From assembly GCA_002633005.1 (NCBI GenBank), contig NMRA01000100.1, positions 359,966-423,965 on the forward strand: 64,000 nt of DNA, read 5' to 3'. Of this stretch, positions 13,901 to 58,443 are shown in pieces. The DNA comes from Phoronis australis. Lineage: Eukaryota > Animalia > Phoronida. Each line of letters starts with the position of its first letter. The stretch's first letter is position 1. The notes beneath the pieces were generated by a model, which was not told where the DNA came from, made no database searches, and saw only the letters and a list, made by a program, of their open reading frames with translations. The position numbers were made by a program, and so were the translations under genes.

Positions 13901-16379
13901 GTGTCTGTTACTGACATCGACTTTTAGATTTGTGCATTAAAGGATGAAGTGGAAACTGAATGGCCATGATTGACAATAATTATATACACAGTAGCTTAGA
14001 GATTAGAGTTTACCTTCTAGAAGTACCAGTCCCTTTTTCATGTCATCGTTGTACTGGCTTCGTACTAAACACCAGGCATAATTGAATTCTGTTTTTTCAT
14101 CAGTTTTTCCAAGTTTGAGACATTCGTTGTACTGGAGCTCAAATTTCTGGAAAAAGACACAAATCTGAGCGACCAAATAAGAGTGAGACTACGCATGCAT
14201 TCGGAGTCCCAAAAATCTGCATTTATGATTTAGTGGTTACAAATCCGCATTCCATCCAAGAAGCAAACTTTTGATGTAGTATTGTAAAATCAGTCTCAAT
14301 TTGTTCTTTACTCAGGTGAGAGGTGATTTCTGGGATTGCAAAGAGCTGACACTTCATTACTTTTCGAGACCATGCTCGGCACACAAAAGGCACCATGTTA
14401 TGCCAGTTTGAAGAGCCTGCCTTGGTCTCGAGGAATAATGGTTCTTTCAAAGTCTTGCAGTCATTTCCAAATTGACTAAGGAACAAATTGAGACAAATTT
14501 CATAACTGTAGTAAGTGGTCTTTAGGAAAACAACAGTTAGTTCTTGTGACGGAAGGCAGGTTTGTCGCTGCTAGTTTATATCCATAACACTGACCACATC
14601 ACTTATTCCAGAGAAATTCAGAAAATACAACCTATTCACAACCTATGGTAAACCGAGTAAATAGTTTTACATTACTGTCATATGTATGTTTTAAATAACA
14701 AGCCTGAGATTAGATTCAGACGTCATATCCCCTGGCGCGAGCAGTATAAAACTGGCCAGTTACTGATTTGGGCAACTGAATGAAGGACTGCTCGGAAATT
14801 TGAAGTTTGATTACGGGAGTATTTGCTCGAGTTAGAAGGAATTAGAAACATCAACGACCTCCTAAGGTGTCCCTTTGTTATGTACCATTTCCAACATCAC
14901 GATCTGATCTAGTATCTCGTTTGATTAAACTTGACAAACAAGCCTATTGTGTTGGTACACAATGGTGGGGTAGTAAGCCGGTGAGAGCTTACTATTACAT
15001 AAAGGAATCAGTTGAGACTAATTTCTCCGAAATTCAAACGTTTTTCTCCCTTAATAGTTTTTATGGTGATAGCATTTCATACAAAACACATCTTCTTCAC
15101 GACATATGATGAGTGTCATTTGGAAATAGTATTTTCAAATATCGGTTAGCGTCAGGCGCGCTGTTTACAAAATAATTGCTGGATTACGTGACACTATCAG
15201 ATGAAGGCAGACAATGAGAGAGCTGACTATGTAAACATTGGTTTGCCAACTGTCTCTCCTTGCTATTGCTGTCAAACTGATAATGACATGACTGTGTCCC
15301 AACCAGCCAATCAGTGAAATTGAGATACTCATCCCACAACGCGAGTGCATAATGTATGCGCAAAAGGTACATATAGCAACGTGACTTTGATGGTTTAATC
15401 ACAATGATGCATCTGTTGCAGAAGTGTTTCCGGTGAATCATATGAGCCTCTGTTAGCCACTGGCAATTGCTTGAATGGTTAGCATGCTCGCCAGTTTTAT
15501 GGAGGTCGCTGGTACGATTCCTGGGTTGGGAAAACTCGGCTATTACTACAAATGGCGAAATCGGCAAACGGATCGACTGACAAAGCACTGCCAATTACTA
15601 CGCGTGGACCTTGGATGGCGAGCATGGTGATGGTGAATGATTGTAAAATTTCCAGGAGTCAAGGACCTACATGAGCGACAACCTAGTGTTCACTTGTGTT
15701 GTAGTGGCAAAGATACCAAGGCCAAGGGAAGTTGATGACCTGTACTAGTACGCGAGACAATTAACCTTGTGTTCACCTTCCTGGTGGCGGGCCTGTTCCC
15801 TAGGAAAGGGGGAATGTTGTAGACGTGCTTCCTGTAATCATATAAGCCTCTGTTAGCCACTCGCTAAAGGGCAATTCCCTATTAGCTGAATGGTTAGCAC
15901 ACTCGCCGGTTAGGGGGTTGCTGGTTCGATTCCCGAAAGGGGTAATGTCGGCTATTACTACACATCGTTCACAGAAAAGCTTCCGGCGTATAAAGGGCTT
16001 ATGGGATGGCCACCTTTTACAGCTAGTTGAGACGGTGGCACTGTTTGGGGACAAGACGGATAATAATACAATCTAGTGTGAGTGTGAATTTACTTATTTA
16101 CTGAAATTTTACTGGCAGTGGCAGGCAAGTTACTCAGTAACTTGCCTGCCATCACTATCACTCAGTGATACTATCAGTCAGTAAGTCAGTAAGTGGTCTA
16201 AATCAAAAGTTGGGCGATGTGACAGAAAGCAGCATTATTTACAGACATTTTACGTGACTAGTTTATGGCCGCTTTACTAATATTTACAATTTATACACTC
16301 AGATTTAGGTCCTACGGTAGCAGAGCGACCAAACCTTTAAATCCTGCACACTGACATCTTCGTCGACGATGTCCTCCAT
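10907..16379 (-). CDS. FIS1: Mitochondrial fission 1 protein (TPR domain, C-terminal tail anchor), 156 aa
   Basis: Exons 16379-16335, 14146-14014, 12653-12574, 11779-11674, 11013-10907; all GT-AG, frame continuous: MEDIVDEDVSVQDLK/KFELQY...EFNYAWCLVRSQYNDDMKKGLVLLE/GLYKN...KRDYLYYLAIGCLRLK/DYNKASKY...EPQNHQA...RMKK/DGLIGMAVLGGAAAVGIG...LSKKS*. Motifs match the Fis1 family. Minus-strand AATAAA at 7908-7913. Confidence 0.96.
11321..11547. mobile_element. MITE with 5-bp target-site duplication in FIS1 intron 4
   Basis: CATAGGTGTAGGA ... TCCTACGTCTATG inverted termini flanked by aatag on both sides; a more decayed copy at 9601-9827 in the duplicate block. Confidence 0.7.
12205..12267. repeat. 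29-bp tandem duplication
   Basis: agtcaggtagcagagatctcaacaaaata occurs twice, followed by agtca. Confidence 0.9.
12728..12790 (+). repeat. Degenerate tRNA-derived SINE head
   Basis: A-box-like gtggcctagtg and B-box ggttcgattccc; no complete cloverleaf. Confidence 0.4.
15420..15962 (+). repeat. Two diverged copies of a tRNA-derived repeat (about 15420-15550 and 15822-15962)
   Basis: Both share aatcatatragcctctgttagccact, gaatggttagca (A box), gctggtwcgattcc (B box) and tcggctattacta; no intact acceptor stem. Confidence 0.6.
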
Positions 16380-19300
16380 TTCTTCCGGGTTACAAAAGGT
16401 GGCGACCTCTGTGATCAATTTTCAAGACTGATTGGAAACACTGACACGTCAACGCGTCAAGGGACAACCACTGCGAGCCTTATGGGTTAACTGCAGGCTG
16501 TTATAGTTACGAATTTTTCAAACCTGTTATTAGGCTGCTACACGTTATTTTAGACAATTCCCCAAGATAAGACATGCGCATACACTTAGTGAAGGGCAAC
16601 CGTGACCGCCAGGAGAGCATGGACTAAAAACAGTCGGAGCACCACGAGCCGCTCATACGAATGCATTCCATTCCTTAAAATGAATATTTTCAGCACCACT
16701 TGCCATCCTAATTTCGTTTCATTTCTTCAAGAAAACACTATTACGATACCATTTTAAGAGATTCCTGACAAAGCCGTCAACCCTAAGAGACAATTGATTT
16801 CACTTCGGAGGGCCTCCCTACTCACGTGAGGAAATAACTCGGGCTAAGAATCAGCGGGCACCTTCCAAGGACTATACTAGACTAGACTATAAATATAAAA
16901 GGGTCAAAATAATTTCAAAAACAGGAAATGTCTGAGCAGCAACTCATGCTATCCGATCGATGGGTGATAAAACTTAGAAGTCCGCCGGGTTTTCGCCACA
17001 GTGCACGGGTTCCCAATTTCAAAAGGCGGAACTAGAACCGGCGCCCCTTTATCGCTTGCTAAATATGGGTTCATGGAAACAGTTTTGTATTCCGTAAACA
17101 TTGTCTGTTTACATTTAAAAAATCTGAATCAATTTGCTAGGGATAATTTGTGCATCGAAAGCTTTCTCGATCGTCTCGGACTTCAGTTCGAATAAGCCTA
17201 CTGACGGGCCGCGCCCGCGCTAAATTGCCAAATTCAAATGATAAAGCTGCAAGGAAACGAAGGTTGACACGAAGTAAAACACCCTAATGACATAACAGAG
17301 AGGCTCATCTTCATTACAAAAAAAAATAATTGAAGAATTTTCCTCCGTAAAATTAAGAAAATAGAACTTCGCTAAATCATGACGGAGCATCAGTGTACAG
17401 AATACTGCTCTGTTAGGTTTAACGTACATAAACCAGTTGTGTGCATTTGGATAAATGCTCACTAGTTTACAATGAGAGGTTTTCCGGTTTTTCCGCAGTA
17501 CAAGATTGGTGCATAGCGTTGGTTCATTAAGCGCCGGCTAAGAAACTATGGTAATAGTGTGCTCAACTGACCAGGACAGGATAAGTGGTCTGCTGCAATG
17601 AATTGCTTCTCGTTAACAAAGATTCAGCTGTCTTATTGTTTGGCAAATCCCCCAATGACGTCTCGTGGGTACTCGATGTTTTTGACGGGGAGTTACATGT
17701 ACATCTGAACTTGAATGGGATGCCTTTCCATTTAGAGAGTGGACTCGAAAACGGGGAATCTATTTGTAGAAAACTAACCCGTTGTAGGCTAGGATACGAG
17801 TTTTATCAAACTTAACCCTTTAGAATGGATTAGTGGACATCTGAAATTTTAATGCCTGAAGTTCGAAACGATGCAGGAAAAGATGAGTCAACAGTGTCAT
17901 GGTATAGGGTAAAGTGTTACATCGACACGTACATTTTAAAATGTCGACGTTTCAGGTTTAATTACTCTATATCCTGTCATATATCAGCCTGATGAGTGCT
18001 CGTATCGTAGCATATGTGCCTTTGAATGTGAATATTGTGAAATTAGTAGAACTGGTGCAGTTTAAAAACGATCTCATTCATAGAGTTTCACGATCCAAAA
18101 GTGAACCGTGTTGTATCTGGTGCGAATTTGCTGTGACTACAATTGCAGTGTTAGAAAAGGCACCCTTTAATAGGAATCTCGTATATTTTCTCTAGGAGCA
18201 ACCCCCCGGAACTATGAAGGCGTAGAGAACATTACGTGATGGTTAGGACTTCATTTTTCAAAGACTTTTTCAAAACTTTTGTAAACAGAATGAAGGTAGT
18301 GAAGGTAAACCATTAAAAGTACTTCGTTAATGTGACCGGCAAACTTGGTTCAAATTATTTGCTTATAACCTAGATTGTGGAATAATTTATTGACAAGAAA
18401 TATTTTCGTAAATATTATACAATGCTTGAGAAAGTCGGAGTATCGCGGGCACACACTGGCAAGACTCATACATGTACTCATGCTGATGATCTTAAATTTG
18501 TTCATGAAAAGGCAGACAATAAAAATGTGTGTTTCGTGTCAAACTATTTTTCGCAGATCGGTTTGCAGGAATTTGAAATATAACCCAATTCCCGAGGACT
18601 TAATCAGTTAAGTGTAGTCTAGTCTTGCGAAAATTTGTATACGTTGTTTATTTGAGAAAATGTCATGTTGAAAGGGCATGCGATTTTTTAAACATTTTGG
18701 ATGGTTAAAGCTGGTTTGCATTAACATTCATTATGTAATAATTTTAACGAATATTGACCCAAAAAGTGTCTTTAATTGTCCGCGAGCAGTGCAACAACCA
18801 TCGCATTGTTTTTGGCTCAGCTATTAAAAAAACAGCACAACATTACGATTAAAATCTGAATGGTACAAACTGGACGAACGGACACAACATAAAGGAGAAC
18901 TGACCCACATACGATATGTCTGTCGTCGTCCGCAGTTATTCCAATCATTTCAGAACACATTAATTATTATTAGCAAGTGCCCGACGTAATCAAGGAAACT
19001 GCCTTTATCAAACCATGGACTGTGACATTGCAATTAACCAATTAAAAATGAGCAATTTACGGTAGAAATTAAAACTTCAATAATCTGGTGAATGTCGCTC
19101 AATCATTCAATTTTTGGCCTTTTGTTCCGTGTCTCAGTGAATATTCCACCTTGATCTATGCGCTCTTTACTATACTTACATTTTCACGATGTTCACACAC
19201 ACAAATCGTATCAACTCTTGATTGTAATTTGTTTCTTCTTTGTATTTTAAATGCAAACCGTTATGTGTTTAAAAGCACACAATTTTTCGCATTTTGTGAA

Positions 19301-20520
19301 TTTTCCAAGGACCATAAACATGGCCAGTGCACCATAGAGGGCTGAAGGCTATAGCCCCCCCCCCCTCGATCTTATTTCAGTGCTGCGCCCCCATGCCAAA
19401 TAGACAGAAAAATGACCACTAAAATATGAAAATCTTTGCTCCTCGTCGAATAAACTGGGCCTTAGGAGGCCAGGGAAGAACATTGCAGGCGAAATTACAC
19501 GTAAATATGTAAATTTAAATGCGGGAACTTTTTACATTTGAAAAGTGCATCTATGAATGAGGTGCAAAGCGTCAAAATAAAATTACCAGGTGAAAGTAGT
19601 CACGAAACCTTTTCTAATATGCTGCAACTAATTAAACAGCGATCAAAAGCCTGAGTTTTAAAATTCAACTTGAGGAGATCTCATGAGCCATCAATTTAAG
19701 TTACCGTGGATGAAGCTGGTGCCTGTCCGACCGGCTCACAATTGAACTTTTCCATATCTCTGTGATCGCACTCAAGTCCAAATTAAAAAAGGCAAAAGTA
19801 TAAGGTAGGTTCCTGACTTTGCCTTACTTTTTCACTCATGATTTCAAAAATGTTGAAAATGACGTAGCTCATTTCACAATAAAAAGTGGCTCAGATCTGT
19901 CTCGCGATGAGAAAAATCCGGCCAAAATCAGATGCCTCATTGAAAATGCACTGCGATATCTCGCTAAATCCGCTATCGTTCTTCGCGGTGTCCCGTGACC
20001 AGTTTGTCACAGTAGCGACATTTTAAAAAATATTTCAAGTTGGATCACTTGAAAGCTTTTCAATTGTAAATTCGATAAACGACTGCGTTCCTACATTGAC
20101 AAGTAGAAAATGAGATATTTTATCTAGGCCTACCGACTACTCATTCCGGACCAGTCGGGCAGTGAGTGGAAACGAACACTGTTTGCCATGCCCATGCCTC
20201 CTTTTCGATAGCATGCGAGACATCATAGCGCGGGATTTGAAATCTGCCGGCTAAATGACGTAAATGTCGTGCAGATGCGCGGGATCACCCTTAGCAATAG
20301 ACCTGATTACTTCCGTAAATGTATTATTGCGCGTAACGAAATTTCATTAATGGTTTTCGCCAAATTCGTTTGTTTTCAGGAATGAGCACAGAATTTCAGT
20401 ATCTACCACGTAATTGACCAACTCTCTTAATTAGAGGATATTTTTTTACATATTGTTGTAGATTCTTGTTGAGCGAATGAATGTCCCCTTTGACCTCATT
20501 GTGATGCGGCTTTGACTCAG

Positions 20521-20528
20521 TCCTTTCT
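20521..20528 (+). promoter_or_regulatory. TCT / 5'-TOP-like initiator of eIF4A
   Basis: TCCTTTCT matches the YYC(+1)TTTYY TCT motif of translation-apparatus genes, about 27 nt upstream of the ATG at 20550; typical of snoRNA host genes. Confidence 0.6.
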
Positions 20529-20549
20529 TCGAAGTGTTCTTCGCCAATA

Positions 20550-34940
<14,391 letters not shown>

Positions 34941-37900
34941 ATACTGCGAGTTGTACCGTGCGATCTTTCTGTTGACAGAGCGACTTATTAATGCTGCATA
35001 TGCGACTATTGAATATTGAATCTTACGGCAGAAGATAACGATGTGAGTTGACAGTGTTGTCACACGACTTCGGCACGGCTACATTGCGTATCACCTGGAT
35101 TGTTGGATCCAAGGCTTTCTATTTTAAAGACATATTTTTGAGGACGTTGCATTATCAACTTATGCTGTATAGGTTACCCACATAAATAGTGACCAGTATT
35201 GTAGATGCTTGTCTCGGTGTGCGTAAAAAGTGCCATCGTATTACACTGACTTAGTCATTGTCAAAATGAAGGGCACTTTAAAATGCTACTTTGTACGGTC
35301 TGTCCAGCTGATCGGCTGGGTGCTCATGTACCCTCCGCACCCCAGTTTGTTGAAAAGCAGTAGAATTCTTGTGATTCTACTCAGCAACAGATGTATAAAG
35401 ATATTAATATATTTATGTTGTGAGCTAGGTGTGGCATTGGAGGGATGTGATTTGGTTGTTGATGAGCAATTGTTGGAAAATCAGTGATGAAATAGTGTAA
35501 AAAATAAAAAGTGAAACGAAAGGTGTGCTGTACTGTTGCTAAGAGATAACGGAGCAACTCGTGCGTAGTTCCACTGGTAATGGAAAAGTGGGGAAACGAC
35601 GCAGACAGTTTGGACGAAGTCGTGGAAGTTGAAAAATGAATAAACCCCTCATTTGGTGTTATTGGTCGAGTGTTTGATTGTGCTTGGCAACAATCGGCAA
35701 AGTGCTTCGCTTTGTGGAAGAATGAAGTTGAGGAAAGGTATTCAGACAAACTGACACGTGGTGATGGTCGAGTAGAAGCCATATCCATGATTACCATAGA
35801 GGAATTGATAGTATAGTTCTGTTATTAGAATTTCATGGTCATGATAGATATTACTAGTCACTTTTCCTTCAAACAATTTGCCGTCATGATTGGGGAAACC
35901 TATACTTTATCTTAGTATTTTTGTCTTGCTGTACACCATAAAAAATAGTTGGAAATGATACATGTATGTTATGCGAATGGGAGCCATTTGTTCGTCATTT
36001 TCAACAGAATGTTTCCATGTTTTCCGAGACGACAAGGTTGCCAGCTTTTCACAATTTTATAAGCATGCTACATAATTTTACGACCTAAAATTCTTCAAGA
36101 TTTTTAGAATTTATTTTCTTATTGAATTAAGCTGAAATTAAAAAAAAAAAAACAACTTCGCATTAATCAGTTTTGAAGTGCCATACTGGCCTTGTTTGAG
36201 GTACAAAACGACACAAGATCCAACCAGTAAGAGCAAGAGGTATCCCGAATACAAGAGTATATTGAATTGAAAATGACTCTTCGTTTTCACGATTGGTAAG
36301 TTAGTTTGTAAATGAGTTAGACTATTGAATGAATAAGGCAGTTGGGGTACCATCTGATTTGGAGATCGTGTGGAGAGTATTTAAAATGAAAACGACAAGA
36401 TATTGGGTTTTATTGACGAAACGGGGAAAGTGGTATCCATTTTTTGCACCAAGTTTAGCACAGAGAACTTGGGCATCTGCAGGCTACAACAAAAAGTGAA
36501 GACGCTGAGTTTTGCCGAATTTTCGTAATCTGGATGGTACGAAATGGCATCGTGATTAGAAGGTGGCTCCGCGTCCTGATTAATTCTGTAATCATTACAA
36601 TAAGTTGAGCCTCGCTCTCACTGAACTATCGTGTTTGGTTCCTAGTGTACTAGACGTAGAAAGTTTGAAATTCTTTGTCAAGTGTGGTGCTCTATGGTAT
36701 GCAGTCATGTTGCCATTTAGGAAGGTACCATGACTTAAATCCATTATCGAAACTGATGTAATGAAAAGCCTTTGCCCTAGAATTTTATTCAAGAGTGGTT
36801 TCTGAACAACTTTGCGTTGTGGCTACTTGCTATTGGATTCATCTGATCAAAATCATAGTGCTCGCAAGTTCTAACTCTCCACGTAGTGACACTGGGAATA
36901 CCACGCCAAGGTTCACATGTGTTTTAACATTACTGAGGTGCACTGCAAAATGCCAGGGAAATCAAAGGAAGGCGTTGAAAGAGACGTGCAAATCTAGTGG
37001 TGTTGCCATATATTGGGTTTACTGTCATTGGCAAATGCAAAATATGTTTGATTATGATGACGTGCGTTTGTTGCTTGTTCGCTCGCATACTTCATGTCGC
37101 ATTCTTAATCCGATTGACGTGAAATTTTAAATGCGCGACTCTTGAATAGATCGGAGCTTGTTTTTGACTGACACAATGTGACGCTATGGTTGCCATTTTT
37201 TTTAATTTGCGGAGCTTCTTAGCTCCACTGTCCGTGAAGGGATGATTCTGAAATATGGTTTGTTGACAGATCATTTCAAGTGTTGTCTGAAGTGCATCAC
37301 ATTTACATCTTGATGATTCCCTAGTTATTTGTGATTTTCCATTGGCTACTCTGTATTTTCGTGCCATTTCTCCATCATCCGTTGACGGATTGAGATTTTG
37401 TGCGAGGATAGATCTCGTCAGGCTCTGTCCTCTAGCTTTAGTTATCCCGTGCGTTTCTGGTTCAGAGTTATTTGAGATTTAGTGGTGAGGTTTCTTTTGT
37501 TGACCAAATTCCTCATTGCAGTTTTGTTGGACTATGTGCACCCTATTGGATGAGTTTGCATTTTTCGTCCATCGACTAGAAATTTAAATATGTTGCATAA
37601 TCATGAAAAGCTCTTGATCTATTGTTCTGAGCATAATGGCACACAAGATGGTTGTGTAATAATTGCAGAGTTCTGGCTTCGGAAATTTGGAATGTACATA
37701 CATATTGTCAGTTATACCGGTACCTATCTGCAGTGGGTGAAATTGGTTTCTCACTCATACTTTATCGTTCTCAAGCAAGTAAATTTTTCTGATTTGACAA
37801 GTCCTCTTTCATGAATTGATTCCTCAATGCTCTTGTGTTGATGTTGGTGCCATGGGTACGAGGGTTCATTCTGTTCGTGCTTTCGTAATCAACCTCGGTG

Positions 37901-40124
37901 TCACTCCTTGGGTAGCTTCCATTTCATGAATTTCCCAGAACTCAATTGCATTGGACATCAATAACTTAGAAGGTGGAGTGTGGTGGCACCCTTTACCCAT
38001 TATTTGTGCCTACAGTGAGCAAACCAGACATGGACGACAAAATTATTTATTGACAACAAATAAAATATTTTACATAATTATGTGATAGATGGCTAGACAT
38101 CTGTGAAAACTGGAGCTGAGTAAAACAACATCTTACAAATAAGTGTCTGAATTAGGTTTGAAAGGTTAAGATATTGGTGTGGTGACAAGAGGCTGTTACC
38201 ATCTTGTACCATTCTGGGCTTGACTATTCAGAATCCAATGGGGGTAATAAAACATCAAAACTAATAATATATAAACCACAAATCCCAAGTGGTGTTAAAT
38301 ACAGGATGGTCCAAAACGCACCCTACTTAATGTACATGCATGTTCTACATTTTCTCATGATTCACCTGGACAGGGAGATTCTTTTGAAACCAATACGAAT
38401 CCTATTGGACAATACACGAACCAGCAACTAACAAAAATTGTCTACATTACCATTAAGTCAGTTTTCCTGGCACGGAGACAATGCAGATTAGATTTCAGCA
38501 GGAACAGAGCGTGTGACGGGGAAACCGAACAATTGGCTGAATTTTAAGAGACAAACTGTAGCAAATATCAAAAGGTCACACCGGTCAACATCTTCCAACC
38601 AGAGTTGACTCTCCCCATGTGTTTGCCAGTAGACCTTTCCTTATTTAAATCCAACAAGCCACAGCCATTTCCAATCCTGTGACTGGTGATGTCTTAACGA
38701 AAACCTGTTCGTCATTCCACTTCCATTTCGATCTGCTTTCTCAACAAAGTTAGGATCTTGTAAAGAAACAACCATAGGTCCATGTGGTGAATCTTTAAAG
38801 TTGACACCGTGATTTTTTGGTTTCATCAAAATGTACCAGCAAAGTTTCAAGTTTAGTTGGAGTTCATGCTGAAAGAGATCCATTGCTGTGACTTTAATTG
38901 ATTTTTGTAACATTTCAACGTCTCCTGAAATTTGACCACTGTCAAATGGTCCTATCACGAGCACTGCTCAAGTCAAAATCTATCCTCCACATTGTCTTGT
39001 CTTTGAAGATTTTATGGAAAAGTAGACCTCTTCAAGAGTTATCCACTGCTGTATCTAAGTTGATCCATTTTGGTGTCAAAAGAATCCCGCAGGTCTACAG
39101 CACTTGAAAAATATCAGAAAAAGGGTATAAAACACATTTACGACGAAGTACAAAATAGGGTACTCTTTGGACAACCCTAAACATAAAATTCAGCAAAGCA
39201 TTTACAATCATGGGGACAAAAGGTGGCTAACTTCCCAGCATGAGGAGACATACTTCACCACAATGGCGACAGGCAGTCAAGCGAGAAACTAAAAATACAT
39301 AACAGCATACCTAAACAACAAAACTTCAGTATCCAAAGTTGTTTTAAGGACGTTCGACCCAGTAGACAAAAAGTCGTATGGCAGTTATTGTTTTACGGCT
39401 TTTGCTGACATATTAAACATTTGAATCTCATTTTTTATTTCAAAAAACAGACTGTTGAACTTGAAAAATGTTGATGTTGAGTTTCAGCAACCCATGTAAA
39501 CTGTTTAGGCAGCTGTAGCGGTAAAACTTATTTCATGGCTCCCAAATTTTTTACAGCTTAGGTAAAAACCAAAATGCAAAATATGAAAATTTAAGAAAAA
39601 AATCAAGTACACAATAAATCAAAACTGAGTAGAAAACCCTTGAATTAGGCAATTTGCATTCTCAAATTTTCACAACCGAATGGAGTTCGTTGATTGCTTT
39701 TGTGGCTAGATTAGCCAATTTGACTTATTTTGGTTTGAAATACATGACAATGACCAAGACCTAGTCACCATTGTATAAGAAATAACCTGGCGTTTTCACA
39801 AGCACATGTCTTAGTCAACTAACTAAAACTGTACAATGCGTTCACAACTGTTAAACAAAAAATATACATGAGTTCTTGGCGATATATTCGTTACATATAT
39901 TGCATCACATATGCAACAGGTTCAGATTTCCACCAGAGCCTAAGCCTTTAGAGACCCACCCCTGAACGTCTCATGAGCATTTACGTAATACATTATAAAC
40001 TCGATAACTTCTCGTATTCCGCAAATGCGGCAAATTATACTAGCTGCAATTCAGAAATCGTGTGGACGTAAACAATCCATGGAAGCGACTTGTGATAGTG
40101 CAACACTGTTGATAGTGCACAACA

Positions 40125-55874
<15,750 letters not shown>

Positions 55875-58368
55875 GGTAGCTGAAATGTAATGAAAGTAGG
55901 GACGTGAGTGCACAGTCTACAGTACGAAAAGGAAAGAGGTTGTACTTCACCCTATTAAGCTGGTTGAAAATGAAAATCATGTTAACACTTATACAGTTTC
56001 AGTCTGATAGTACTCCTTATCATGATAGGATCTATTTCCGTAACCTACTCAAGTCACAGCTAATGACTACATGTACCATTTTTCTGTTTCACAATTTAGG
56101 ATCGTCCAACTCCAAGTCACAGGCAATGTGCATGTACGCAATTTTTTAATTAACCCTTTCAGGGTTGGCCAACCTCAATAAATTTTGAAGAGTTTTCTGG
56201 AGTCTCGGATGGCTTTAATGTTCCTGTTGGCAACGCTAATAGAAGCCTATCATGGTAAGGAATATTATGAGACTAGCTCTAATGTTCAAAAATACTGAAT
56301 TAGTGACTGAACTTCCAATTAGGTAAGCGCAAAGCGAAACGTTGAGAACGGATTATTTTCCCAGCCATCCCCACTTGTTTCTTTCCCAACACCTGAGGAC
56401 TACAGGTCTCTCACTTTGAAAATCTCACTGTACAATGTAATACCTTGCCAGTGCCATGGAACCATACTTCAAGATTACAGTAGATCTCGTGCAGTTCATG
56501 TCTTAACTGTTCTACAGGTGCAGTTTTGATTCCAGATCATATGAATAAAAAAACAGTACAATTAAGAAAACATTCTTATTTCTACTGATTCTCAACAATA
56601 TACGGCAATTTTCCATTAAAGTATAACTTGTAGGCTAATTCTTTATCTCATTGATTGCTTGTCCAACTTAGTTACAAACGCAATACATAGCCACAGGGCG
56701 AATATGAAGTCAGTTGGAAATTACTGACAAATGTTTTTAAAAGCGAGTTTTTGGGGCAAAAATGATCTGCTGCAAACCACTTAATCACGTCCAGTAAGTA
56801 TCATGACGTGTTGGTGAGGAATAACACTGCATGATGCGGGGCTCTATGAGCCTGTGAGGTACACCATAAGTGCAAAGGTCACCTATTTGCAAAATCTTAT
56901 GTTTTCACATTTACAAGTTGCCAATGAATACAATTGCGCTTTGTTTAGCTTAGATTATGTTAAAATAGAAGGGTTAACATGTTGCTATAGAATATTAAGT
57001 GACCTGCTGTTGTTGTGGTTCAAGGTTTGCTTATCTGTGGGTGGGAATACAAGGTACACACAGCAGTTGCCACTTAAAGGCAGAGCTGATAAGGGCCAGG
57101 GGTTTTACCAGAACTCAACACTGGACTTGCTGTATATTGCAGAATGTCTCAGCATATTACATGGGTCATGATAAAGCAACTCTAGTGTACGTCCAAACAT
57201 TCACCATTGGAGAGAACACGGTCTCTCACATTCATGACTCAATCATTGCAGGACACATTTTGTTTTAAATAAACGCATGCTCATTTCTTCATCAAAAAGT
57301 ACATTGAACTAATCCGCTATCTATAACTATGCCGACAACGGCACTGTCCCAGGCAATAGGCATACAACTACTAGCAGTATTACAGCAATGGTGACAACCC
57401 TAACAATGCACTAATTTTGACTAACTATGTGCAATCCGCAGTTCTTCAAGCCATTGATAGGAACTGCTTCCCAAGTATTCCACTTTTGCTTGAGAATTAA
57501 AGCTACCGAACATAGAATTTAGGAATTTTCGCAAAATAAATCAGAATTTGTTAAATGCACAACACTTTTCATTGTTCAGAGTCTTTATTTCGTTACGTTA
57601 AATTAAATCAGTGGAAATTGCAATAGTACTTGCGAGATTTCATCTTAAACATTTAAATGACAAGATGTTACTCAATGTTGGAGATGCTGTTGTGTTGTAA
57701 TGTTTGTACAAAATTTCTCCATAAACACATGGTTACATTACCCAGTTAATGACATACAAGAGTTAAACATCAGCTTCTATAGGATTTCAACTTTCAGAAA
57801 ATACAATATTTGAGTTCATAAATTTTAGTTTTGTAGATATTTGGTTAGCTAAAAGAACCGAAGGTTTGGCATTCCTTTAACATGCTTGCTAATGTTTATG
57901 ACCTCCAAACTGAGATTGGACCTATAAAAGTTCAGGGGTGTTTGAGGTTCACTGCCCCAGACCTTCACCATGTGACCTTCCTGAAAGGAGATTACTCAAC
58001 AAAGATGACCCATGCCCACTTTCAAGGTAACATGTCTGGAGTTGTGAACAATACAAAGAGCAGAATACTGACCTACATCAATGCAGCTGAATGTAAGACT
58101 GGGGGTTACAAAAGAGCAGCTTCAGGAAATGTCATGGGTTCTCTAATAGACAACTTTTCATATTGGCGCTTTCAAGAGTAATGAGACCAAGAAAGCGACT
58201 TCCGCTTGATCCCGACTCAGATTTTGCGGACAAAAATTCACTGCTACACCTAGTGGTTCATTAATTTAAAAACAGATGAAGAAATATCATTGCCAAACCT
58301 TCCCATTGTTCATTGATATATTTTAGCTTGTAAAGACTTCGGTAGGTGTTGAAATTCAACCACTTTAC

Positions 58369-58443
58369 CACTCGCAGGCTCGCAGCCACCGACTACGCCC
58401 CCGCGGATTCTTCATAGCAGCGCGAAAAAGAAGGTCACATGAT
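58369..58443 (-). promoter_or_regulatory. Putative RNF13 first (5' UTR) exon and proximal promoter
   Basis: CpG-rich segment ending in donor GTG|GTAAAG at 58369/58368; pyrimidine tract ccttctttttc and M-box/CLEAR-like TCATGTGAC (58434-58442) upstream. Confidence 0.55.

Noticed and set aside
15880-15945. Possible tRNA gene
   Set aside because: A and B boxes present but no cloverleaf; part of a dispersed tRNA-derived repeat.
17986-18016. ctgatga followed by a gtgct/agcat stem
   Set aside because: No GAAA after the stem, so not a hammerhead.
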